From Mobula hypostoma (taxonomy: Eukaryota): DNA of 64,000 nucleotides. Of the stretch, positions 35,271 to 47,880 are shown piece after piece. Position 1 is the stretch's first letter. Each line of letters begins with the position of its first letter. The notes beneath the pieces were generated by a model, which was not told the origin of the DNA, made no database searches, and saw nothing but the letters and a program-made list of their open reading frames with translations. Made by a program: the position numbers and the translations under genes. The DNA lies in NCBI RefSeq assembly GCF_963921235.1, contig NC_086108.1:72232001-72296000 (forward strand). Reading direction: 5' to 3'.

Positions 35271-36680
35271 CCCCCCCGCCTCAATTACTACCTCACCAGC
35301 ATTATTTTCCAGTGATCCAATATCAACTCTCAGCTCCCTTTTACAATTTATATAACTGAAAAAACTTTTGGTATCCTGCTTTATATTATTGGCTGGTCTG
35401 CCCTTGTATTTCATCTTTTCCTTTCTCATAGTTTTTTAGCTGCCTTTTGTTGGATTTTAAAAGCTTCCCAATCATCCAACTTCCCACTCACATTTGCTAC
35501 CCTATATGCCCTTTCCTTAGCTTTTATGCAGTCCTTAACTTCCTTTGTCAGCCACGGTTGCCTACCCCTGCCATTTGAGAACTTCTTCCTCTGTAGCTAT
35601 CCTGCACCTTGTGAACTATTCCCGGAAGCTTCAGTCATCTCTGCTCTCCGTCATCCCCACCAGCATCCTCCTCCAATTCACCTGGGCAAGTTCCTCTCTC
35701 ATGCCTCTGTAATTCCCATTATTCCATCGTGGCACTGATACATATGTGTAATGCTTCTCTCTCTCAAATCACAGTATGAATTTAATCATATTATGATCAC
35801 TGCCTCCTAAGGGTTCCTTTACATTAAGCTCCCTAATAAGATCAGAGTTTATTACACAACACTCAATCTAAGGTTGCCTTTCCCTGAGTAGGCTCAAGCA
35901 CAAACTGTTCTAAAAAGCTATCTCATAGGCATTCAATAAATTCCCTCTCTTGCAATCCAATACCAACCTGATTTTCCCAATTGCCCCATTACATTTGTGT
36001 CATTGCCCTTATTGCATGCCTTTTCCAGCTCCCTTTGCTATCTCAATCCCACATCTTGGCTACTATTTAGAAGCCAACATATGATTCCTATAATTTTTTT
36101 TACCCTTACAATTTCTTAACTCCACCCATGAAGATTCAACATTCTCTGACCCTATGTTACCTCTTTCAAAAGATGTAATTCTATCTTTTAATAATAGAGC
36201 CACATCACCGCCTAAACTTACTAGCCTGTCCTGTTGATACAAAGTATATCCTTTAATGTTAAGCTCCAATGATGGCCTTCTTTCAGCCACGTCATAGCAG
36301 TGATGCCCACAGCATTATAGCGATCAGTCTCTAATTGCCCCATGGAGTTTGTCCACTTTATTCTGAAGGTTACGTGCATTTAAATACAGCACCTTCAGTC
36401 CTGCATTCTTTGTCTTTTTGAATTTTGCCTCTATGGTACAATTTAACTCTTTGCTTTGTTTGCCTTTGTACCCAGTCATTGGCTTGTCTGTCCTTATATT
36501 CATGTTACACCCATCATCGGATTGTAAACCTGCTGGCTCATCCTCAGCTCTGTCGTACTGGTTCCCAGCCCCCTGCCATATTAGTTTAAACCACTCCCAA
36601 GAGCTCTAGTAAATCTACCCCCTCGGATTGAAGTGCAACCCATCCTTTTTGTACAGGTCCCATCTGCCCCAGAAGAGGTT

Positions 36681-37472
36681 TCAATCATCCAGAAATCTGA
36701 ATCCCTGCCCCCTGCTCCAATTCTTCAGCCACACTTTTATCTGCCTCCTCATTCTATTTCTATCCTCACTGTCACGTGGCACAGGCAGCAATCCCGAGAT
36801 TACTACATCCTTGTATTCTTTTTTCAGGAACTCCTCCCTTTTTCTTCCTATGTCATTAGTATCAATATGTTCCACAGCTTCTGGCTGCTCACCCTCCCTT
36901 TTCAGGATATTGTGGACGCATCCAGAAACATCTCGGACCCTGGCACCTGGGAGGGAATCTACCATCTGTGTTTCCTTTTCGTGTCCACAAAATCGCCTGT
37001 CTATCCCCCTGACTATAGAGTCCCCTATCACTGCTGCCTTCCTCTTCAGTTCCCCTACCCTTCTGAGCCACAGGGCCAGACTCAGTGCCAGAGGCACGGC
37101 CACTGTTGCTTCCCCCAGGTAGGTCACACCCCGCCCCCCAGCAGTACTCAAAATGGAGTACTTATTGTTGAGGGGGACGGCCACAGTGGTGCTCTCCACT
37201 ATCTGATGTTCTCCCTTCCCTCTCCTGACAGTCACCCATTCATCTATCTCCTGCAGCCTTGGGGTGACTACTTTCCTGTAGCTCCTACCTGTCACTGCTT
37301 CATTTTCCCTAACAAGCCAGAGGTCATCGAGCTGCAGCTCCAGTTCCTTAACATGGTTTCTAAGGAGCTGTATCTCAATGCATCTGGTGTAGATGTGGCC
37401 ATCAGGGAGGCTGGGAGTCTCCTGGAAATCCCACATCTGACACCCAGAACAGAGCACTGGCTCTGTAGACAT
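36681..37472 (-). pseudogene. CR1 ORF1 (zinc finger, coiled coil, SGNH esterase), 263-aa open frame with internal deletion
   Basis: CSGCQMW...HIYTRC, VKELELQLDDL, AVIGDSIVRG, LPGARV, HIDTND, VISGLLPVPR. Confidence 0.9.
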
Positions 37473-38357
37473 GCCTCCTATTCTCTCAAGATTTAAATAA
37501 GAAATAATGAATGTGTTCCTCCAATAGCATCACACAAATGGTGTGACACCTCTCTCTCTCTGATGCCTCATTCAAATAATTGAATAATATTAAGTGCCCT
37601 TTGTCCCAAAATAGAAACCAAATTGGACATAGGTTGTTCATTAAAGTAATTTAATTACCTTTTAGTGTCAGGATTGGTACTTGCTACTTCAGTCAACTTC
37701 TCTGGTACTTAAAATTATTACATGTAGAATCTTATTCCTTTAGGTTTTCATTGGTATTAGAAATTATTTTAAAGATTTTTGTTTTACTTATTTTTGCTTT
37801 CTCATTGGTTTTCTCTCAATCTGATATTTCTTTCTTTTTCTCTCTCTCTCATTGCTACCTGATTTGACGTTGAATATGTGACCTAAAATTTTCACTGAGC
37901 CTAGGATCCTTCAGTCTGTTTGGTTAAGGGCATGCACGCTTTCTTACCCGATTCAAGCAGATCTCAGGTTTCTGTATTGGGTACTGAACTGTTTCCATTT
38001 ACCCTTGCAGCAACGCCCAGGATATCACAGCAATTAGACAAGAGCAAATGGCCACCGTTTGCTGATGAGTTAAAGAAATTTTCAAGCTAACACAATACAA
38101 GTGAAATTGAAACAACTTATTTTCATAAAATAATCATTTAAGCCTGGTATAGTTCTACTCTTTCTCAAGGCTAATGGAGCACTAAAACTTGCTGTGATTA
38201 TCCCTCACTAAAGAACTATCCACAGTATGAATGCTAATCGTTTGTTCTCATTGCACACTCCCTGATCTACAATAGCCTCTTCTGAGGTTGGTCTAAAAAC
38301 ATCATTGCATACACGCTCCAGGAACAACTATTCTGCAGTTTTATCATTAGCTAAAAC

Positions 38358-38490
38358 CAAATTGCTGGAGGAGCTCAGCAGGTTGGGCGGCATCTGAGGA
38401 GGCAAAGGAATGGATTGTATTTCAAACTGAGGCTTTAGTAGTTTGTCTGTGTATGGTCCAAATTTTAGCATCTGCATTCTCTTGTGTCTC
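38358..38490. repeat. Degenerate Penelope pseudo-LTR-derived element with inverted halves
   Basis: TGCTGGAGGAGCTCAGCAGG...GGCATCT in minus orientation, then TAGCATCTGCATTCTCTTGTGT in plus orientation. Confidence 0.6.
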
Positions 38491-38691
38491 CATATCATTA
38501 TTAATTTGGTTTGACACCAATGTCACCCCTATTATAGGTAGCTCTGATTTCTGTTTAGTTTCATTCCCTGCATCATCACTGATCCTTGGATGTAAAAGAT
38601 TCCATCGATCTGCTTTGAAGAAAAGAAAGCCTTGTCCAGTAAAACAGCAAATGGTAGAAATACTGTAATTTTATACTTGTCTCTCTTTCCC

Positions 38692-38762
38692 CAGTTCTGA
38701 TGACAGATTATTCACTCAGAACATTAACTTAGTTTCTCCCGCTACAGATGTTGGCTGATCTG
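38692..38762 (+). repeat. Degenerate hammerhead-like module
   Basis: CAGTT-CTGATGA...GAACATT-AACT...ACAGATGTTGGCTGATCTG has the same layout as 16889-16960. Confidence 0.5.
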
Positions 38763-38774
38763 TAGAGGGAGATC

Positions 38775-41424
38775 TGACCAAGTGACATATTTGGCTTCAC
38801 TCCCAGATGAGCTCAATGCCTTCTATGCTTGCTTCGACCGTCAAAGCACAGAGGAACCTTCATGGATTCCTGCAGCCACCAATGACCCTGTGACTTCATT
38901 CCTGAGGCCAATGTGAGAGCATGCTTCAGGAAGGTGAAACCACAGAAAGCATCTGGCCCAGATGGGGTACCTGGCCAAATACAAAAGACCTGTGCTGATC
39001 AGCATTCGGTTTAAGATGGTACTGGCGAAGAACAGTGACTATGTGTTGATAGCAAACAAAACTACTAACTGCTTTATTAATTATACTTCTCTAAAATGAC
39101 CGCTGCAATCAATACCCTGTAACTGCCCTTGCGGAGTTGAGCTTTTGAACCACCTGCATATCTGCCATGTAAACTGGAGTCTTGAAGGTGTAGGACTACT
39201 GTGGCGTGGCATGTAGGGACTGAATTGAGGAGGTGGGGGCCAGGGCCTGACAGTGGGAGATAAGCCAATGTTTGGCCATTGCTGAAATGGACTTGGAGGC
39301 CATTTGAAGAGGCAGAACTGAGATGAGGCTGAATTGAGGTGGGGGGGGCCTGGGCCCAAGAGTAGGGAATAAGCCAGTCTTTGACTGATTTAAGCACGGG
39401 CCAGATAGGGCCAAATTGTGGCAGAGGTTTCTGCACCCGAGAGCATATAAGGTCATCAGTGCCCGGGTTTGAGAGCAAGGGATGACTCGCTGTTTGGCTG
39501 ATTTAAGCACTGGGCCAAATTGAAAAGGTCAGGGTTTCAGAGCCAGAGGTGAGGGATGGGCCAGTGTTCAGCTCACTGCTTGGTGAGACTGGCTCATCTC
39601 TACACTGAACTGAGGCTGTGGCCTGCAGCTAACTTCTCCTGGATCAGCTGTGACCGGTTTCGGGGCTATGGGCTCACTTTCGTGGACTGCAGTTCTGAAT
39701 GTTATTTGCTTACTTATGGCTTGCACAATTTGTTTTTTTTTTCCCTGCACATTGGATGTATGAATATTTTGTTTTTAATGGGTTCTATTGGGTTTATTTG
39801 TTTTGTGGCTGCCTGTAAGGAGATGAATCTCAAGATTGTATAAAGTATACATACTTCGATAATAAATGGACTTGAACTTTTGAACTGGCTGGAGTGTTCA
39901 CTGAGATCTTTAACCTCTCGCTTCAACAGTCTGAGGTACCCGCCTGCTTCAAGCAAGCTTCATTTATACTGGTGCCTAAGAAGAATGTAGGAACCTGCCT
40001 GAGTAACTAACATCATAGCATTTACATCCACTGTGATGAAGTGCTTTGAGAGGGTGGTGATGAAACGTATCAACTCTTGCCTGAGAAGTGACTTGGATCA
40101 CTTCATGCCACTCCAGTTTGCCTACTGGAGCAAAAGGTCCACAGCAGATGTTATTTCATTGGCTCTTCACTCAACCTTGGAACATCTGGACAGCAAAGAT
40201 GCATACATCATGATATTCTTTATCAACTACAAATCGACATTCAGCACTATTATCTCCTCAAAGCTAATCAATAAGCTTCAAGACCTTGTGCAATTGGATC
40301 CTCGATTTCCCCAGTTGCAGACTCTAGTCAGTTTGGATTGGCAACATCCCCTCCACAATCTCCATCAGCACAGGTGCACCACAAGGCTGTGTGCTTAGCC
40401 CCCTGCTCTACTTGCTTTACACTCATGACTGTGTGGCTGAGCACAGCTCCATTGCCATATAAGTTTGCTGATGACACCGCTATCATTGGCCAAATCAAAA
40501 GTGGTGATAAATCAGCATATAGGATAGAGATTGAAAATCTGGCTGAGTGCTGCCACAAGAACAATCTCTCACTCAGTGTCAGCAAGACCAAGGAGCTGTT
40601 TATTGACTTCAGGAGGAGGAAACCAGCGGTCCATGAGCCAGTTCTCGTCGGGAAATCAGAGGTGCACAGGGTCAGCAACTTTAAATTCATCAGTGTTATC
40701 ATGAGCCAGCATGTAAGTGCAATTATGAAGAAAGCACAGCTGTACTTCTACTTCCTTAGAAATTTTCAAAGATTCATCATGACATCTAAAACTTTGTCAA
40801 ACTTTGAAAGTTGTGTTTTGGTGACTAGTTGCATCACATCCTGGTCTGAAAACGCCAATGCTCTTGAATGGAAAAGCTGACAAAACAATGGATACAACCC
40901 AGTTCATCACAGGCATAGCCCTCCCCACCATCAAGCACATCTACACAAAACCACTATCACAAGAAATCAGCATCCATCATCAAGGACCCCCAACCCCCCC
41001 GACCATGTTGCCTTCTTACTGCTGCTATCAGGAGAAAGGTACAGGAGCCTCAGGGTCCATGCCCAGGTTCAGGAACAATTATTACACCTCAGTAAACAGG
41101 CTCCTGAACCAGTGGGGATAATTTCACTCATCCCATTACAGAACTGTTCCCACAACCTACGGACTCACTTTCAAGGACTCTTTGTGTCATGTTCTCGATA
41201 TGTATTGTTTATTTATTTATTGCTCTCATTTCTTTATTCCCGTTATATTTGCACAGCTTGTTGTCTTTTGTACATGAGTTGTTTGCCCATCCTGTTGGGT
41301 GTGGCCTTTTATTGACTCTATTATGTTTCTTGGATTTTTTTTCAGTGGGCCCACAAGGAAACAAATGTCAGGGTTGTATATAGTGACATATATATGCTTT
41401 GATAATAAGTTTACTTTGAACTTT
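38775..41424 (+). mobile_element. Rex1/Babar-type LINE, 5'-truncated, with a nested insertion
   Basis: MKCFERVV, PLQFAY, STADVI, YKFADDTAIIG, SKTKELFIDFRR. The 3' UTR ends GATAATAAGTTTACTTTGAACTTTG. Confidence 0.92.
39004..39885 (+). mobile_element. Non-autonomous element with a Rex1-type tail, inserted into the Rex1 copy
   Basis: It interrupts ACCTGTGCTGATCA|CTGGCTGGAGTGTTCAC, which is essentially contiguous at about 7617-7648. AAGATGG head, internal direct repeats, and tail ATGAATCTCAAG...GATAATAAA...TTGAAC. Confidence 0.85.
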
Positions 41425-41489
41425 GTTGTGCCTTTCCACCACTGTCTGCACCATTTGTGATTTATAGCATCTGCAATTTTTTTTTAGAG

Positions 41490-41640
41490 ATATCCCCAAT
41501 ATCTGGGTCAATATTTATCTTTGAACCATTGTGAAAGGAGTAACAAATCATCTGGTCATTCTGATCTTATGGGAACCAGCAATGGTCTTATTGGCTGCTC
41601 TGTTTTCTGTATCTCATTTGGGACCACACTACAACAGTTT
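41490..41640 (+). mobile_element. DeuSINE Deu-domain remnant
   Basis: GGTCAATATTTATC...ATCTGGTCATT...ATTGGCTGCTCTGTTT...ACCACACT. Confidence 0.45.
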
Positions 41641-43204
41641 AACGTTAATGACAATTTGGTGAATCGGCTTTTATTGCACCAGGCAGCAAATGTACCAGAG
41701 CTCAATGACTTCCAGAGTAAAGGACTGTTGTCGAGCCTCGATCAGGCAAATCATTTCCCACCTGATTGCTGGTTCTCCTTGACCTACTTAATTGGAAACA
41801 ACTGTTAGCTCAAACATATACGACGCATTTTAATCATGCCACGTCTAGGTCTACATAATTTTAAAACAGAGTATTTTCTTTTATGCTGATCTTGATAAAG
41901 TAGCATTAAACTGGGAATTAGTAGTCCTCCAGTGCACTCTTTCCAGAGGTTGTGAATCACTTACCATACAAACAGACCAAAACCTAATACAATGGTCTAA
42001 CTTAGGCCCAACTAGGATCTTGTTCAGGACATAATAAACAGACCTATAAATGTACCTCAACAGTCTACTTGCTTGTATGATTTGACAGTTTGTTCCTCTC
42101 TTCTAAGCTTACAGTGTGATTGAAGTATAAATTTAACATATAAGACAAAACCTACTCAAATCCAACATTTCCTGTAGTGTTGACTGGTTTCAAAGCATCA
42201 CTCGCAGGAGGGAACAAAGAATGCTTCAATTATTAGAGGATAGATACATTCCATTATAAAGTGCTCATGCAATTCATAAGCATGCAATGCAGGATCGTAT
42301 AAGCATTAGTTATTTTAATTCCATTAATAGTAAAAAAAAAGATAAATAACCTCCATAATTTTTTCTTGATTGTGTGTGAAGAGAAGTTAACTCCCTGCCT
42401 TTGGTTAAGTTGTCAGTGGTCTTTCCAAGAAACAGACTTTTTCAATGCAGTGATTAAGTTAGCATTTATATTTTGAATAAAGAGAAATAAAACTTTACAG
42501 GGAGCAGTTCTGAGCCTACAGTTAATTCTTAACGCCATATTTGAGCTTGAATTTACAATGAGGCATTTTTTTCCCTGGGCATGATGCCAACAGTTATCAA
42601 CTTTTGCTTTATGGCAAATGTTGTCCCAATCTTTTGGCTCTGGTTATTGTCACTGAGTAAAAGACATGGTTCTTAATTGTCAGCATAAAATTACTTCAGT
42701 AATATGGATATTTTAGACAAAGGTGATTAATAATTTTTAAGTCTTCGTGTTATCTTGAGATTAAATTATTCCCAGAGAAGATTTTAAAGTCTGTCAATTT
42801 TAAGCTATACCTTTTCCATATCTTGTCAGTTCAGGTGTATCAGGTGGACGGTGTGAGACTATTTCTGTTGAAGGCCAATGCCCATGTAACTTCAGATCTG
42901 TTACATGCACAGAATTTGAATGCCATGCCCTTAGCTAACATCACATTTGCTTCACCATAATTCCTGTTCTGGCTGATTTCCATTCCTTCCATTCTTCATA
43001 TCTTCCCAGTTTGGAATTTGGAGTTGTATGCTTTAACTCTTCCTTTGCGGTGCTCCTCTACTTTTTAACATCTCTATTAGATATGCAGTTTCCCCAGAAC
43101 TCTCCTTTTTGACTAGCTTTCTCCTTGCTGGCCAGACCTTGGAGTGCGTAGCTTCAGGGCTACGGGATTCCATTTTCAGCGAGTGTACTATTGTACTGTT
43201 CTAT

Positions 43205-43850
43205 TTTCAACAGCACAGTGTGGGCCCTTTAGCCCACTATATTGTGCTGACCTAAATACACCTACTCCATGACCAGTCCCTTCTACACAACCATTTTTAT
43301 ATCCATGTGCCCATCTAAGAGTCTTTTAATTGTTCCTATTCTATCAGATTCTTCCACCAACAACATCAGTGCAGTTCAGACACCCACTACTGATATCTCC
43401 CCTAAAATTTCCTCCACTCACCTCAAGCGGGTGTCCTCCAATATTACTCATTGCTGCCCTGGGCAAAAATTGCTGTCTGTCCTTTTGGGCTATACCTCTT
43501 ATAATCTGATATACCGCTGTCTAGTCGTCTCTCATCTTCCCTTGCTCCAAAGAGAAAGGTCCTGTCTCGCTCAACTTTTGTTCAGAAGGTATGCCCTATA
43601 GTCAGAATCAGAAAGGGGTTGAAAATCACTGACATATCTCATGAAATTTGTTGTTTTAGAGCACTGCAGTACATTGCAATATATAATAATATTTTTTTAA
43701 AAATATAAATTACAATAAGTGTATGTATAAATATTAACTTAAGTAGTGCAGAAAGAGGGGGTAAAATAGTGAGGTAGAGTTGATGGATTCATTGTCCATT
43801 CAGAAATCTGATGGTGGAGGGGATGAAGCTGTTCCTGAAACGTCTTCAGT
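43205..43850 (-). mobile_element. Decayed CR1 3' end (about 43205-43600) and Rex1 3' end (about 43600-43850)
   Basis: CR1-type 3' sequence, then a TCAGAATCAGAA tail and a UTR complementary to about 18710-18945. Confidence 0.7.
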
Positions 43851-43864
43851 CTCCTGTACCAGGG

Positions 43865-45890
43865 AACCAGGGAAAGGATAGGTCTATAGCAAAAGTGAGG
43901 GCATACAAAGAAGCTAGAGCTGGTGGGAAGATAGAGGATTGGGAAGCTTTTAAAAACTTGCAGAATGAAACTAAGAAGGTCATTAGGAATGAAAAGATTA
44001 ATTATGAAAGGAAGCTGGCGACTCACATCAAAGAAAAAACTAAAAGCTTTTTTAAGTATATAATGGTAAAAGAGAGTCGAGGGTAGATATAGAACCAAAG
44101 GAAAATGACACTAGAGATATTGTAATGAGAGATGCAGAGAGGGCAGAGGAACTGAATGTGTATTTTGCGTCAGTCTTCACAGTGGAAGGTGTCTGCAGTA
44201 TACCGGACATTCAAGAATGTCAGGAAAGTGAGGTTTGTGCAGTGAAAATTATGATTGAGAAGTTGCTTAGGAAGCTTAATGATCTGAGGGTGGATAAATC
44301 TACTGGACCTGATGGAATGCACCCTCGGGTTCTGAAGGAAGTAGCTGGAGAGATTGTGGAGACATGATCTTTCAAGAATTGATACATTCTGGCATTGTAC
44401 TGGATGACTGGAAATTTGCAAGTGTTACTCCACTATTTAAGAAGGATGGGAGGCAGCAGAAAGGAAACTATAGACCTGTTAGCCTGACATCAGTGGTTGG
44501 GAAGTTGTTGGAATCGATTGTTAGGGATGAGATTATGGAGTACCTGGAGGCACATGACAAGATAGGCCAAAGCCAGTATGGTTTCCTGAAAGGAAAATCC
44601 TGCCTGATTAACCTACTGCAATTTTTTGAGGAATTTACAAGCAGGGTAGACAAAGGAGATGCAGTAGATGTGAGGGTGTACTTGGATTTTCAGAAGGCCT
44701 TTGACAAGGTGACGCACATGAGGCTGCTTAGCAAGATAAGAGTCCATAGAATTTCAGGGGAGTTACTAGCATGGGCGGAACATTGGCAGATTTGCAGAAA
44801 ACAGAGAATGGGAATAAAGGGATCCTATTCTGGCTGGCTGCCAGTTACCACTGGAGCTCCACAGGGGTTGGTGTTGGGATCACTGCTTTTTACAATGTAT
44901 GTCAATGATTTGGACTACAGTATTAATGGATTTGTGGCTAAATTTGCCAGTGATACAAAGCTAGGTGGAGGAGCAGGTAGTATTGAGGAAACAGAAAGCC
45001 TGCAGAGAGACTTAGATAGTTCAGGGGAATGGGCAAAGAAGTGGTAAATGATATACAATGTTGGAAAGTGTATGGCCATGCACTTTGGTGGAGGAAACAA
45101 ACAGGCAGACTACTATTTAGATGGGGAGAGAATTCAAATTGCAGAAATGCAAAAGAACTTGGGAGTCCTTGTGCAGGATACCCTGAAGTTTAACTTCCAG
45201 GTTGAGTCGGTTGTGAAGAAGGCGAATGCAATGTTGGCACTCATTTCTAGAAGTACAGAATATATGATCAAGGATGTGATGTTGAGGCTCTATAAGGCAC
45301 TCGTGAAACCACACTTGGAGTATTGTGTGCAGTTTTGGTCTCCTTATTTTAGAAAGGATATACTGATGTTAGAGAGGGTTCAGAGAAAATTCATAAGAAT
45401 GATTCCAGGAATGAAAGGATTAACACATGAGGAACGTCTGGCAGCTCTTGGGCTGTATTCCCTGGAGTTCAAGAGAATGAGGGGGAGCCTCACAGAAAGA
45501 TTCCGAATGTTAGAAGACCTGAACAGATTAGATATGACGAAGTTATTTCCCATGGTAGGGGATTCTAGGGCAAGAGGGCACAACTTCAGGATTAAAGGAC
45601 ATCCATTTAGAACTGAGATGTGGAAAAATTACTTTAGTCAGAGGGTGGTAAATCTGTGGAATTTGTTGTCACGAGCAGCTGTGAAGGCCAAGCCATTGAG
45701 TGTATTTAAGGCAGAGATAGCTAGGATAGCTAGGTTCTTGATTATTCAGGGCATCAAAGGGTATGGGGAGAAGGCAGGCGAGTGGGGATGACTGGAAGAA
45801 TTGGATAAGCCCATAATTGAATGGTGGAGCAGACTCGATGGGCTGAATGGCCTACTTCTGTTCCTATATCTTATGGTCTTTTGGTCTCAT
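43865..45890 (+). mobile_element. 5'-truncated CR1 (RT to 3' UTR)
   Basis: ORFs 44125-44367, 44364-45047 (NYRPVSLTS, YLDFQKAFDKV, GAPQGLVLG, KFASDTK) and 45048-45791. Tail TCTTATGGTCTT. Confidence 0.95.
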
Positions 45891-45899
45891 TTGGCAACT

Positions 45900-47880
45900 G
45901 GAGAGTAATCTGTGCATAAAACATGAGGATGGGGTTTTTATTGAATACTGAAAATATGTTTACACTAAGGAGAAGGACATTGTATTTGGAGAATTTGGGA
46001 AGAGAGATGCTGAAATTCTAGCACCTGGAAAGTGTTGATAATTTGAGAATAAAAAAATTGTAATTTTACTCAAGAAGGTCAGCAGAGATAAGCCAAGTGA
46101 TTACATGTCTGCAAGTCTAACATCAATGATATGGCAGTTATTGAAAAAAATTGCACTTGGAAAGGCTGGGATTAATTAAAACTAATGAACACTGCTTTGT
46201 TAGGAGCAGATCCTATCTGACCAATTTGACTTTTTCAAAGAGTATGGTGTACTGATGAAGACTGTGAAGTTGATGTTATCTACATAGACTTCGGCAAGGT
46301 TCCATGTAGGAGACAATTCCAATTCAATCCAAAATTGGCCTGTAAATAGAAGGTGGAGGGTAATGGATGAGAGTTTTTTTTGTGGTTGGAAGCCTGTAAC
46401 CAATGGTTGCAGAGATCAATGCTTGTCCCTTTCTTTTTGTCAAATATACTGATGATTTAAATGCAGGTATATGATTTAAAAATAAAACATACCTGACACA
46501 AAAATTGATAGTTTTGTTGATAGGAAAGAGGGCTGAGTTGGGCTCCAGGATTATATTGGCAAGTTGTTGCGACGGACAGAGCAATGGGCGGATGGAATTT
46601 AATCCTGAAAAATGTACATTGTTACATTTTCAGAGGAATAATAAATTCAAAGACACACAATGAATTGGGGGGAGGGATGGTGTGCAAGAGTGATTTTGTT
46701 GTCTATCAATATCTGCGTTTGGTCCCGGATCAGCACAATTTGACCTGAATTGGCAGTGTTCGGACCTGGGTCAGTGGTCACTCTTTAGCGAAGGACTGAG
46801 TTCATGTGGGTGCTCTCTTCATATGAAGATGAAAACATGTTTCCCATATTCTGAGATTTAAGTGATTATTGTACTGTACTCTACGGTGGTTTCCTTCAGT
46901 TTTTCAGTGCTTTTAATGTCTGATGGCCAATTAGCAGGTGAGTAATCTGTTAATTTTTGTGTGTAGGTGGGAGTGGGGGCTTGGGCGTTTGGTGCCACTG
47001 TTACAGTTCTTCTGCGACTGACAGGGTCAGGGATTGTGATGTGTAAGGGGGTCGGTGATTGTTATTGTGGCTACTTTTTGCTGTGGGGAAGGGGGGATTT
47101 TGGGGTCTGCGAGTTTTTTTTTTCTTTTTATTTCTTCTCCTTTTTCATGCTGGGGCGGTGGAGTTGAAGTATTTTCTTTCATCAACACCCATGGTTTTTC
47201 AGTATTTCATGGCTATCTGGTGAAGACAAATATCAGAGTTGTATTGAACATGCATATTTTGACAATAAAAATTAACCTTTGAACCTTTAAGGTGGCTAAG
47301 AATGTATACAGCATACCGGCATTCACATGCGAAGACATTGAATATATGATTGTGGAAGTTATGACACAACTTCACACAATATTAGACAACACTGAGAGTC
47401 CTGTGTGCTATTCTGGTCACAGCACTATAAGAAGGATATCATTCGAGAAGATACAGGAGAAATTCACCTGCATGCTGCTAGGAATGATGTATTTTGTTTG
47501 TGAGAGGAAACTGGATAGACTGGATTCCATGGTTTGGATAGGGGAGGCTGAGGAGAAAACTGATACAAGTGTACAAAATAATGAGAGGCATGAATAGGAC
47601 AGATAATAGGGAATTATTCCCCAAAGCAGAGTTGACTGAAACTAGAGGACATAGGATTAAGGTTTGGTGGGGGGGGGGGGGTTGTTAGAGAAAGAATTTC
47701 TTTCAGTTTGAGAACAGTTAGAATTTGGAATGCACTGTCTGAGCGGAAGGGTGAAAGAGTACTTGATTGACAAGGGTCTGAGTGCTGGTAAATGAGATTA
47801 GCAAAGATAGACACATTAGTAGGTATAGATGTTGTAGACGGAATGGCCTATTTCTTTGTTGCATGGCTCTATGACAGTAA
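45900..47880 (+). mobile_element. Old CR1 RT remnant split by an insertion
   Basis: Degenerate RT-like sequence (GAATTTAATCCTGAAAAATGT). ORF 47292-47597 resembles the CR1 C-terminus. Confidence 0.65.
46700..47290 (+). mobile_element. Non-autonomous element with a Rex1-like tail
   Basis: Tail GGCTATCTGGTGAAGACAAATATCAGAGTTGTA...GACAATAAA...CCTTTGAACCTTT parallels the Rex1 tails in this window. Confidence 0.6.

Larger units (their letters stand above)
33370..37495 (-). mobile_element. CR1 LINE retaining ORF1, with a heavily deleted ORF2
   Basis: ORF1 at 36681-37472. ORF2 pieces: 36063-36290 (endonuclease), 34551-34916 (SPGPDG, NYRPVSLTS), 34076-34324 (QGSVLG, KFVDDTK). 3' UTR near 33370-33450. 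Confidence 0.92.

Noticed and set aside
36633..37496. 287-aa plus-strand ORF as a novel gene
   Set aside because: It is the antisense frame of CR1 ORF1; similar shadows occur at 20030-20488 and 56586-57023.
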